Origin: Sulfitobacter sp.
Lineage (GTDB): Bacteria > Pseudomonadota > Alphaproteobacteria > Rhodobacterales > Rhodobacteraceae
Reading direction: 5' to 3'
Assembly: GCA_024637305.1 (NCBI GenBank)
Contig: JAGXFI010000065.1
Location: 14,195 to 78,194 of the forward strand
Length of the DNA: 64,000 nucleotides
A program made the position numbers and the translations under genes. Under the pieces are notes generated by a model. The model saw only the letters and a program-made list of their open reading frames with translations, had not been told where the DNA came from and searched no databases. Positions 20,065-28,756 of the stretch are shown here, piece after piece; positions within the stretch are counted from its first letter, which is position 1; each line of letters opens with the position of its first letter.

Positions 20065-21201
20065 TTATTTGCCGTAGCTGGCAAGATCGACCTTCGAGAA
20101 AATCTCGGTCTTGAAAATCTGCGCCAGTTCCGCGCCGCTGGAGACATCCTTGGTCAGGTCGGTCCACTTGCCCAGCAGCTCGGTCAGGGCCTCAGCCGCC
20201 TCGGCCCCTTTGGAGATGCCGAACCGCTCTTGATAGATGCTGGCAATCGCATCCTTGTCGGCGGCGATGAATTCAAGGTTTAGCGCGACGATATCGTCGG
20301 GCGCGGGGCCGTATTCGATCCCCATGTCGGGGGCGCGTTCACGACCTGCACGGCCTTCTTCGACATAGACCCAGGCGATATCGGCAGCCAGCTTGGCATG
20401 GGCGCGCAACATGGCACTCTTGTTGGCATCCGACAGGCTGTTCCAGCTGTCCTTGTTCATCGTGAAGGGCACGTTGAACTGTGCGCCGGGCGCGCCGACA
20501 TAGACGTATTTGACCACGTCGATGAAGCCGAAGTTCACGAAATCGGCAGTGTTCGACATGGTGCAATCGACAACGCCCTGATTAAGACCTTCGAGCGTTT
20601 CGTTGATCGACATCGACACCGGCGTCGCGCCTACCGCCTCTGCCCAACGCGCCCAGTAGGCACCGGCAGCCCGGATGCGCTTGCCTTGCAGATCCGCCGC
20701 CGACGTTAGCGGCACGGCGCATTGCAATACGTAAGAGGTGGTCGAGGCCGCGCCGAGATACACTTGGTTCTGCGCCGACATTTCATCTATGCAGGCGGGG
20801 CAGTCATTCATCACGTATTCCATGATCGCCCCGGTAAACGCCAAGCTGCTAAGCTCGCCTGAGAACTCTTCCAGCTCGACCAGTTCCGAGAATTCGGCCA
20901 GCATGTTCAAGGTTGGAAATTCCGACGGGAAGTAAGCCAGCAGATTGCCCGCAACATCAGCGATGCCATCGCGCAGACCTGCGTTTATCTCGGAAAAGCT
21001 CAGCAGCGACAGCGGAAACACGCGAATGCTGATGTCGCCATTGCTATATTCGGCGGCGGCCTTGGCGTAATCCTCAATTTTCGCGGTGGGTGCCGAATTG
21101 GGCGGCCAGCCTCCGGCGAAGCTCAGATCGGCGGCATTGGCCGCACCGGCAAACGCCAGCATGGATGCGCCGGCAGCCAAGGCTTTGAAAGTCTTTGTCA
21201 T
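20065..21201 (-). CDS. TRAP transporter substrate-binding protein (DctP type)
   Basis: GGGAGGA RBS and signal peptide ...AFAGAANA. Paralog of 8376-9536 (shared ...SLLSxSExxxGxRDGxADV...). Confidence 0.9.
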   Translation of the reverse strand: MTKTFKALAAGASMLAFAGAANAADLSFAGGWPPNSAPTAKIEDYAKAAAEYSNGDISIRVFPLSLLSFSEINAGLRDGIADVAGNLLAYFPSEFPTLNMLAEFSELVELEEFSGELSSLAFTGAIMEYVMNDCPACIDEMSAQNQVYLGAASTTSYVLQCAVPLTSAADLQGKRIRAAGAYWARWAEAVGATPVSMSINETLEGLNQGVVDCTMSNTADFVNFGFIDVVKYVYVGAPGAQFNVPFTMNKDSWNSLSDANKSAMLRAHAKLAADIAWVYVEEGRAGRERAPDMGIEYGPAPDDIVALNLEFIAADKDAIASIYQERFGISKGAEAAEALTELLGKWTDLTKDVSSGAELAQIFKTEIFSKVDLASYGK

Positions 21202-21324
21202 GGTTGTAGTCCTCCCGTTTTAACATATTTATCTCTTTCCCACCCCGCCGCAGGTGACAGGGCCGTCGTCTCATCTGCCATGGCTAGACCTTGGCACATC
21301 CCCCTATTTGACACCAAGGGTCGA

Positions 21325-22101
21325 TCATCTGTGAAACCGCGCGACTCTTTTTTCGTGAAATGCGGCCAGACCTTCGGCAAAATCGGGCGTCTCCCCCGCC
21401 TGTTTCTGCAACTGTCGTTCGGTTTCCAGCGCCGTGGCGAAATCGCTGTCGGCGGCGCTCCACGCTGCTTTGCGGATCAAAGAGTAACTGTGACTTGGCC
21501 CTTCGGCCAGCTTTTCAGCAATGCTGAGCGCGGTTTCTTCCACAGCGTCATCTTCGGTCAGCCGCGTGATCAGGCCCCAGTCATGGGCCTGAGGTGCGGG
21601 GATCTTTTCGGCCAGCAGCATCATTTCCATCGCCCGCACCCGGCCTACCGCGCGGGTCAGCAACCACGTCGCCCCGCCATCCGGGACGAGGCCGATGCGC
21701 GCGAAGGCCTCAAGAAAATAGGCGCTTTTGCCCGCCACGATAATGTCACAGGCCAGCGCGAGCGACGCGTCCACACCCGCCGCCGCCCCGCGCACGGCTG
21801 AAATCAACGGCACCGGCAGATCGCGGATCGTGTGCATCAACGGGTTGTAATCCTGTTCCAGCGTCAGGCCAACATCGAACCCGGACACACCCGCAGGCAT
21901 CGCGTCCTTGAGGTTGGCCCCAGAGGAAAACGCACGCGCGCTGCCCGCCAGAACGATGGCACGGGCAGTTTTCGCCTCCGAGCGCAGCGCAGCGTGCAGA
22001 TCATGCGCCATCCGGGGCGTCATCGCGTTCATCGTCGCGGGATCATTCAGGCGCAGGGTGGTCACGGCACCCGTGCGCTCGATCACGATAGGATCGGTCA
22101 T
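21325..22101 (-). CDS. enoyl-CoA hydratase/isomerase (crotonase) family protein
   Basis: 258 aa with LRLNDPATMNA...VLAGSARAFSSGANL, a crotonase oxyanion-hole region. Confidence 0.9.
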   Translation of the reverse strand: MTDPIVIERTGAVTTLRLNDPATMNAMTPRMAHDLHAALRSEAKTARAIVLAGSARAFSSGANLKDAMPAGVSGFDVGLTLEQDYNPLMHTIRDLPVPLISAVRGAAAGVDASLALACDIIVAGKSAYFLEAFARIGLVPDGGATWLLTRAVGRVRAMEMMLLAEKIPAPQAHDWGLITRLTEDDAVEETALSIAEKLAEGPSHSYSLIRKAAWSAADSDFATALETERQLQKQAGETPDFAEGLAAFHEKRVARFHR

Positions 22102-22988
22102 TGCTTGTCTCCTCCGGTCCAGCCCGGGTCAGTCCACCATGGGAAAAACCCGGGCATGTCGCGCGACACCTTGTCAGTAAAAGCGGGTGGGCGTTTTTCC
22201 ATGAAACTGGCCACGCCCTCGGTCACGTCGGCCATGGAACTGCGCGCGGCAATGGCGCGGCTGTCGACACGGTGCGCCTGCATCGGATGATCCGCCCCGG
22301 CCATGCGCCACATCATCTGCCGCGTCAGTGCGACGGACACAGGTGCGGCGTTGTCGGCAATCTCATGCGCCAGTGCCTGCGCCGCATCCAGCAGATCGCC
22401 CGGTGCGTGAACCGACCGCACCAAACCGCCTGCCCGCGCTTCATCCGCGCCGAACACACGGCCGGTATAGCACCATTCCAGTGCCTGGCTCATGCCGACA
22501 AGGCGCGGCAGAAACCAGCTTGATGCCGCCTCGGGCACGATACCACGGCGCGCAAATACAAAACCGAACCGCGCATTGTCAGATGCGATCCGAAAATCCA
22601 TCGGCAATTGCATCGTGACCCCGATGCCCACCGCAGGCCCGTTGACCGCTGCAATCACGGGTTTGAGGCAGTTGAACAGGCGCAGCGCAAGAATGCCGCC
22701 CATGTCGCGGTTGGCCGGATCGTCCCAGACACCCGCATCGGTCGAGGCAGGATCGACCTTGGCCGTGGTAAAGGCGTTGGGATCTTCCAGATCGACGCCC
22801 GCGCAAAACCCACGCCCTGCCCCGGTGACGATGATCGCGCGCACGTCGTCATCGGCATCGGCGGCATCCAGCGCCGCCAGCATGTCGTCAAGCATGACCT
22901 GGGTAAAAGCATTCAGCCGCTCGGGCCGGTTGAGCGTCAAGGTCATGACGCCGTTCGCCACTTCGGTCGTGATCGTCTGGTAGGTCAT
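22098..22988 (-). CDS. enoyl-CoA hydratase-related (crotonase) protein
   Basis: Start trimmed to MTYQTITTEVANGVMTLTLNRPERLNAF, with GAGRGFCAGVDL. ATGA overlaps at both ends (22098-22101 and 22985-22988). Confidence 0.88.
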   Translation of the reverse strand: MTYQTITTEVANGVMTLTLNRPERLNAFTQVMLDDMLAALDAADADDDVRAIIVTGAGRGFCAGVDLEDPNAFTTAKVDPASTDAGVWDDPANRDMGGILALRLFNCLKPVIAAVNGPAVGIGVTMQLPMDFRIASDNARFGFVFARRGIVPEAASSWFLPRLVGMSQALEWCYTGRVFGADEARAGGLVRSVHAPGDLLDAAQALAHEIADNAAPVSVALTRQMMWRMAGADHPMQAHRVDSRAIAARSSMADVTEGVASFMEKRPPAFTDKVSRDMPGFFPWWTDPGWTGGDKQ

Positions 22989-23857
22989 GTTTGCCGCTCC
23001 GTCTGGCCGGACAAGGCACGCGCGTTCAACGCGATCTCGTCTTCCAGCCCGGCGATCTGCGCGCCACGCCAAAAATCTTCGATATGCATACGCGCCCATT
23101 TCTCGGCCCGATCGGCATCGCGGTCGCGCAGCGCTGCGATGATGTTCGAATGCGCCTCGATCTGGCGCTTGTAGAATTTTGGTGCAAAGGGCGCGATCTG
23201 GGCAAAGCCGCGAAACAGCAGAAGGGAAATCGGTTCGCGCGCCAGCCCCAGTACGCGATTGCGGGCCATATCCCCGATCTGGGTATGAAACTGCTGATCC
23301 AGCTCGATCGTGCGCGCCATTTTCCCTTCCGCGGCCAGAAGATCGGCATGCACCTGCTGCAACGCCTCGATCTCGTCTGCCGTGGCGCGCTGCGCGGCGA
23401 TACGCGCAGCCAGCGGCTCGGTGACCATCGTCACCTCCCACAGTTCGCGGAATGTCACTTTCATCAGCGCCATCGCCCGGCCTGCACGGGTGGTCAACTG
23501 ATCGGCCTGCGGCACCGTCACCTCCATCCGGCGGGGTGAAGGGCGATGCACCAGACCGTCGCTTTCCAACTGCCGCAGCCCTTCGCGCACGGTGGAGCGC
23601 GTAACACCGAACAGCGTGCCCAACTCGGCCTCGCCGGGCAGTTGATCGCCCGGCTTCAGCTCGCCGCGAAGGATCTGCGCCTCGATCTCTTCAGCGATCT
23701 GCTGATAGGCGTAGCTGACCTGAATTGGCTTGGATGTCAGACCCACACCACCCCCCGGCCAAAAGGCAAGCCCCCCGAGAGCGCCACAGGCATCGGACAA
23801 TCTGGGTTGGATGGAACGTGACAGATCATCTATCAGGGCCTCGTTATCGTCCGACAT
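22985..23857 (-). CDS. GntR family transcriptional regulator (FadR/FCD type)
   Basis: wHTH region YQQIAEEIEAQILRGELKPGDQLPGEAELGTLFGVTRSTVREGLRQLESDGLV plus a helical FCD-like C-terminal domain. Start uncertain (23857, 23905 or 24016). Confidence 0.85.
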   Translation of the reverse strand: MSDDNEALIDDLSRSIQPRLSDACGALGGLAFWPGGGVGLTSKPIQVSYAYQQIAEEIEAQILRGELKPGDQLPGEAELGTLFGVTRSTVREGLRQLESDGLVHRPSPRRMEVTVPQADQLTTRAGRAMALMKVTFRELWEVTMVTEPLAARIAAQRATADEIEALQQVHADLLAAEGKMARTIELDQQFHTQIGDMARNRVLGLAREPISLLLFRGFAQIAPFAPKFYKRQIEAHSNIIAALRDRDADRAEKWARMHIEDFWRGAQIAGLEDEIALNARALSGQTERQT

Positions 23858-24129
23858 TAGTGAATGTTGATCTTGATTCCATGGTTCTGTCAACCGCCGA
23901 ACCATGGGGATTTTGGTACCGCTTTGATGTCCTGAAAAATCAGCATTGGCGGTGCATCTGAAAGCGGGATCCGTTAAATCTAATATTTCGCAATATCTTA
24001 AACACCACGGCAGCACGTATCCGGCTCGACCACACGGACCGACCGGGCTGATTCACCTGAAAGCGATTGACCGGTGCCTGAAAGGCTCTTATGCCTGATT
24101 GTCGGACACTAGAACAAAGTGGATTTTCC

Positions 24130-25140
24130 ATGGTCCAGACCCCGGATTTTGATCCAACCTTGCTGGAGCCTGTTCTGGGCGGGCCAGTCCAACTGTCCCC
24201 GGTCAGCGTCGGCCAATCCAATCCCACGTGGTTTGTGTCCTGCAATGGCCGCGACTTGGTCCTGCGGAAGAAGCCCCTTGGCGCAACGGTCGACAGCGCT
24301 CATGCCATCGACCGCGAATACCGCGTGATCGCCGCGCTGCAAGACAGCCCCGTGCCGGTTCCCAAGCTGATCCTGTTCGAACCCGACCCAGCCGTTATCG
24401 GCACGCCGTTTTACCTGATGGAGCGGATCGCGGGCACGGTGTCAGAAGCCACCGACCTGCCGAGCCTGACACCAGACGAACGCCGCGCGGTCCATCTGGA
24501 TGCCGCACATATTCTGGCCAATCTCCACACTCAGGACATTCAGGCGCTTGGATTACAGGACTTCGGCCGCCCTTCAGGCTACTACGAACGGCAGGTCAGA
24601 CGCTGGCGTAGCCAGTGGCAGGCGCTTGAGCCGCGCGAGGATGCAACGCTCGACGCGCTTGGCGACTGGTTCGCGGCAAATCTCCCGCCCGAAAACCCCA
24701 CGACTATCGTGCATGGCGACTACCGCATCGGCAATGTGATCCATGCCCGCGATCCGGCGCGCATCGCGGGTGTACTCGACTGGGAGCTGTCGACGCTGGG
24801 GGATCCGCTGGCCGATCTGGCGCATTGGTCGATGTTTTACGGTCTGCGCCCTTACCAGATGGGCGGGCTGGCCGGGCTGGACCTGCCCGCGCTTGGTCTG
24901 CCCGACCAGGCCGAATTTATTGCGGCCTATCATGCGGCAGGCGGCTGCCCGGCCCCTTTGGGCGTGTTTCATCGCGCCTTTGCCCTATTCCGCATGGCTG
25001 TGATCTGCGAAGGCATCACTGCCCGCGCTGACGCCGGACATGCTGCCAATGCAGACGCACGTTCGATTGGCGCTCTTGCCCCCGGCTTTGCCCGGCTGGC
25101 CGATGCTCTGCTGTCTTCTGATAAATCCGATACCCCCTGA
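24130..25140 (+). CDS. phosphotransferase family protein (APH-like, ACAD10/11-associated type)
   Basis: GQSNPTWFV...LVLRKKP N-terminal pattern, with HGDYRIGNVI and VLDWELSTLGDPLADLA kinase-fold motifs. Start is 24091 or 24130. Confidence 0.85.
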   Translation: MVQTPDFDPTLLEPVLGGPVQLSPVSVGQSNPTWFVSCNGRDLVLRKKPLGATVDSAHAIDREYRVIAALQDSPVPVPKLILFEPDPAVIGTPFYLMERIAGTVSEATDLPSLTPDERRAVHLDAAHILANLHTQDIQALGLQDFGRPSGYYERQVRRWRSQWQALEPREDATLDALGDWFAANLPPENPTTIVHGDYRIGNVIHARDPARIAGVLDWELSTLGDPLADLAHWSMFYGLRPYQMGGLAGLDLPALGLPDQAEFIAAYHAAGGCPAPLGVFHRAFALFRMAVICEGITARADAGHAANADARSIGALAPGFARLADALLSSDKSDTP

Positions 25141-25151
25141 AGGAGCCCGAT

Positions 25152-26405
25152 ATGGATTTCGCCTATTCCGACAAGACCAAGGCCCTGCTGACCGATGTGC
25201 AAGGTTTCATGGACACGCATGTGCTGCCCGCCAACCGGCGGTTTCACGAGATCGCCCATACCGGTGCCTACCCGACCGAGGTGATCGAACCACTGAAATC
25301 CAAGGCGTTTCAGGCCGGACTGTGGAACATGTTCTCACCCGAGCTGGAAGATCACCACCCCGGCACGCGTCTGACCAATCTGGAATACGCACCTCTGGCC
25401 GAGGCGATGGGCCGCGTGCCCTGGAGCCCCGAGGTGTTCAACTGCAACGCGCCCGACACCGGCAACATGGAAATCCTGATGCAATTCGGCACGCCCGAGC
25501 AGAAAGAGCGGTATCTTGATCCGCTGCTGCTCGGTGAGCTGCGCTCGGTCGTGGGGTTGACCGAACCCGATGCCGCATCGTCCGACCTGACCAACCTTGC
25601 CACCACGATCCGGCGCGAGGGCGATGAATACGTCATCAACGGGCGCAAATGGTTCTCGACCGGGGCAAAGCACCCCAATGCGAACCTGTGCATCGTGTTC
25701 GGCGTGTCCGATCCGTCGCCTGATGCCGACCGGCACCGCAAACATTCGTTTATTCTGGTGCCGATGGACACGCCCGGGTTCGAGGTCGTGCGCGACGTGC
25801 CGATCATGCATCACCACGCCCCCGAGGGCCATTGCGAGATCTTGATGCGAAACGTGCGCGTGCCGGTCGATGCGATGCTGGGCAACGAGGGCGACGGCTT
25901 CATGCTGGCGCAGGCGCGGCTGGGGCCGGGGCGCATCCATCACTGCATGCGCACCATCGGGCAATGCGAACTCGCATTGGAACTGATGTGCGAACGAGGG
26001 CTGGAACGCCAGACTTTTGGCAAGCCGCTTGCTGAAAATGCCAACATTCAGGACTGGATCGCCCAATCTCGGATCGAAATTGACGCCGCCCGCCTGCTGA
26101 TGCTGCAAACCGCGTGGAAGATGGACCAGAACGGCGCGCGCGCGGCGCGGGTGGATGTGTCCGCGATCAAGGTGATGGCCGCGCGGCTGCAAACCACGGT
26201 GGTGGACCGCGCCATGCAGGTGTTTGGCGCAGCAGGGATCACCCCCGATACGCCGCTCAGCTACCTTTGGACATGGGGCCGCGCGATGCGGTTTCTGGAT
26301 GGCCCCGACGAGGTGCACCTGAAGGTGATCGCACGCGAGGAACTGAAAAAGGCCAAGGGGGCTCTGGGCCGGAACCTGGCGCATTTCGTTCCGCCCATAC
26401 GCTGA
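25152..26405 (+). CDS. acyl-CoA dehydrogenase
   Basis: 417 aa with an AGGAG RBS and typical ACAD blocks (GLTEPDAASSD, WFSTGA, and a C-terminal helical domain with the IYDGPDEVH-like LDGPDEVH). Confidence 0.92.
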   Translation: MDFAYSDKTKALLTDVQGFMDTHVLPANRRFHEIAHTGAYPTEVIEPLKSKAFQAGLWNMFSPELEDHHPGTRLTNLEYAPLAEAMGRVPWSPEVFNCNAPDTGNMEILMQFGTPEQKERYLDPLLLGELRSVVGLTEPDAASSDLTNLATTIRREGDEYVINGRKWFSTGAKHPNANLCIVFGVSDPSPDADRHRKHSFILVPMDTPGFEVVRDVPIMHHHAPEGHCEILMRNVRVPVDAMLGNEGDGFMLAQARLGPGRIHHCMRTIGQCELALELMCERGLERQTFGKPLAENANIQDWIAQSRIEIDAARLLMLQTAWKMDQNGARAARVDVSAIKVMAARLQTTVVDRAMQVFGAAGITPDTPLSYLWTWGRAMRFLDGPDEVHLKVIAREELKKAKGALGRNLAHFVPPIR

Positions 26406-26499
26406 TCGCGCGGCCCTATAGGCAGGAAGGCTCTCTGGCCTTCGACCCGATACCGGCAACTGCCAAGGGTCATGAGCGCCGGCGGGGGCCGTGCCATTG

Positions 26500-27336
26500 T
26501 CATTCGGCCCCCGCAAAGCGGATCTGCGACACGTTTGCGATGAAGAACGGGAAATAGTCCTCAGTGCCGAACATGTTACCCGCCTCCACATGGAACGGAA
26601 GGCGGTAGCCGCTGACCTGGCGGAAGTCGGACATGGTCGCCCCGAAGGGCTGCAGGCGGTGAACCTTGTCAGGATTCGCATTGCTCCAACGCTGAAAGGA
26701 AGCCACCACAGGCCGCCCCTCGGGATCGACCGTGACATCAACTGACTGCGTCAAGTCTCCATAGCGGACCGTCACGCGAGCAGTGTCATCTCCGACGCCC
26801 TCCCATGAAATGCCCGCCCGGGGCAGGAGCGCGGCAGGTGCCCAGATCACGGCCTCGCCCGCGTATCGCCCAAAAGCCGAGCGCGTATGATCGGGGTCGC
26901 CCCCCAGGCGCGCGACCGGGATCAACCCCAGGATGCGAAATCGGGTCCAGGATCCGCTATCGGATCCCGAAACCGGCATTCCTCCGCGGGTTCTCATCGC
27001 CCAGACGAAACCATGAGGCACAGCGAGGATCTGGCGGGCCTGCATTGGCTGATAGGCCGGGTTGTCCTTGATTCCGAGGCTGAATTGCCCGGTCATCTCG
27101 ATCTCGGTTATCGGCAACAATGGTGTGCCGGGCTGAATTGCGAACGTGAAATAGCGGCGTGCAGGTTCAGGCAGGTCGGCGACCATCTCGGGGTTGAAAC
27201 GAACCGGATCGGTTGGTTGCAGTGCCGCAAGCCTGTTCCATTCGGCACGATCAGCGCGTCGGTCCAATACAAGCAGCAAAGCCAACGCCAATAGACCGAG
27301 CGCCAGCACAAGCGTACTAACAATAAGGAATTTCAT
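26500..27336 (-). CDS. uncharacterised N-terminally anchored protein, paralog family A (possibly DUF6544-like; name from memory)
   Basis: 278 aa with one N-terminal TM helix and the motif DLPEPARRYFTFA. The same architecture and motif recur at 43245-44096 and 44110-44952. Confidence 0.75.
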   Translation of the reverse strand: MKFLIVSTLVLALGLLALALLLVLDRRADRAEWNRLAALQPTDPVRFNPEMVADLPEPARRYFTFAIQPGTPLLPITEIEMTGQFSLGIKDNPAYQPMQARQILAVPHGFVWAMRTRGGMPVSGSDSGSWTRFRILGLIPVARLGGDPDHTRSAFGRYAGEAVIWAPAALLPRAGISWEGVGDDTARVTVRYGDLTQSVDVTVDPEGRPVVASFQRWSNANPDKVHRLQPFGATMSDFRQVSGYRLPFHVEAGNMFGTEDYFPFFIANVSQIRFAGAE

Positions 27337-27378
27337 CTAAACGATCCATGTTCGCAAGCTCCGCGTTCGCCCATCCAT

Positions 27379-28044
27379 TCAGGCCCCGAAGAACATAAAA
27401 GCAAGCGGGACCGGGGACACGGCGGCGGCGATTGTGAAAAGGGTCGGAACCGGCGCAAAGATCCCGCTGAGACCCGCCATCAGCATGATCCCGCCGCCGC
27501 CGCCTATGACCGCGTTGCCGGGAATGTTCACCGACAGAGCCAGCGCGATGTAGCGATGGCGCAATGCCAGCGCCACCGTGCGGGGTGGTGCGCCGTCCAG
27601 AAGCATCGCCAGCCGCTCCTCGCGTGCCAGCGGGGCGGCGCGTGCCACCAGATCGGCAGCCCGGCGCATGCGCAAAAAGGACAAAAGCCTTTCGAGGACG
27701 GTGATCGGCAGCAAACGGCCCACGCAATAGGCCAGCATCATCGACACCACGGTCGCAGCATAGATCAGGGGGGCGATGGCCGCGCCGAAGGCGGTCAACA
27801 TCGCGATCCCGATTTCGGCACCGGGCACAAAGGGCAACGCCAGTAGACCGACATAGGCGCCGGACCCCAGCATGATCGCCCGATGGACCTGACGTTCGCT
27901 GGCCGGCATGATCGTGAGGTCAAACGTATCGCGGATCAGATGCGCGGCCCAGGTCGCCAGCACCACAATGCCAATCAGCACGACGATGCGCAGCGCAATG
28001 GTCAGAAGGTCCGGGCCGGAGGGGGGACGCTGCGCGCCGTTCAC
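27379..28044 (-). CDS. polytopic membrane protein, uncharacterised
   Basis: About five hydrophobic segments. I prefer the GTG start at 28044, which overlaps the upstream stop (GTGA), over ATG at 28134, which would overlap the upstream gene by 94 nt. Confidence 0.6.
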   Translation of the reverse strand: MNGAQRPPSGPDLLTIALRIVVLIGIVVLATWAAHLIRDTFDLTIMPASERQVHRAIMLGSGAYVGLLALPFVPGAEIGIAMLTAFGAAIAPLIYAATVVSMMLAYCVGRLLPITVLERLLSFLRMRRAADLVARAAPLAREERLAMLLDGAPPRTVALALRHRYIALALSVNIPGNAVIGGGGGIMLMAGLSGIFAPVPTLFTIAAAVSPVPLAFMFFGA

Positions 28045-28526
28045 CCGCTGGCCGCCCCGCCCGCGAGCGGCGTCGGGGTGCCTTCTCCAACTGCGTTGAT
28101 CTGATGCGTCCAATACCAGCGCCGGGTTGTCCATGTCCCCTCGAACTGCACCTCATCCCCGGTGACGATGCCGTACCAGACAACGGTGAACGGCGCGTCA
28201 TGGCATCGGGTGGTAGCGGTGAAATGGATTTTCTCGCCCTCGGTGAAGGTCCGGTATCCGTTCCAGCCGAAGTCGCAGGCCAGCTGACAGCGCGACGATT
28301 TGAACTGACCGTCAACGAAGGAAAACACGCTTTCCGGCATCCCTGCCCCAGTCTCCCGGACAGTTCCCGTCATGTGAAACGCCCGCCCATCAAGCGCGGA
28401 GCCGTCCTCCCACGGACCGGCGGGCACCGCGAAATCGGGGATATCGCGGTTCAGGGCCGTGACCGCCACAGCGCCGGCTCCGAGGACGGCGATAGCGATC
28501 GCGGCGGTCTGCAGGATGATGGTCAT
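28041..28526 (-). CDS. membrane-anchored hypothetical protein
   Basis: Start trimmed to MTIILQTAAIAIAVLGAGAVAV (AAGGGA RBS). One N-terminal TM segment, then a Cys/Trp-rich soluble domain. No family recognised. Confidence 0.6.
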   Translation of the reverse strand: MTIILQTAAIAIAVLGAGAVAVTALNRDIPDFAVPAGPWEDGSALDGRAFHMTGTVRETGAGMPESVFSFVDGQFKSSRCQLACDFGWNGYRTFTEGEKIHFTATTRCHDAPFTVVWYGIVTGDEVQFEGTWTTRRWYWTHQINAVGEGTPTPLAGGAASG

Positions 28527-28756
28527 GGCGTTTTCCCTTTCAAACCTTGTGAAATCATGACAGTTACTCCGTCTCGGCGATACAGGCATCAACCGCAAAA
28601 CGTTGATTACTCAACCCCAGCGCGCCGTCCGCATCAAGTGGCCACGCCGTTTCGGGCATGTCCACGCAAAGCTTGACCCTCTTTCGGCTCGCGTAGCAAG
28701 ACCGCCGCGATGCACCCTGCCGCTGACCGCTTGCTGTGGTGACGGTCGCTCCATCC

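Noticed and set aside
21289-21320. CCTTGG-N18-CCAAGG inverted repeat between the crotonase and dctP genes as a GntR operator or attenuator
   Set aside because: It has only 6-bp arms with a long spacer. That is too weak to call without comparative or binding data.
22989-23441. 150-codon N-terminal extension of the second crotonase ORF
   Set aside because: It overlaps the GntR gene out of frame. The crotonase consensus begins at MTYQTI (22988), which has an RBS and an ATGA coupling.
16509-26405. Idea that this is a DMSP demethylation locus (dmdB/dmdC/dmdD-like ligase, ACAD and crotonase)
   Set aside because: Only generic family membership supports it. The ACAD is the ACAD10/11-associated type paired with a kinase, no dmdA is present, and I cannot establish orthology without a search.
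25335-26741. 468-aa minus-strand ORF
   Set aside because: It is antisense to the acyl-CoA dehydrogenase, which has clear family motifs and an AGGAG RBS.
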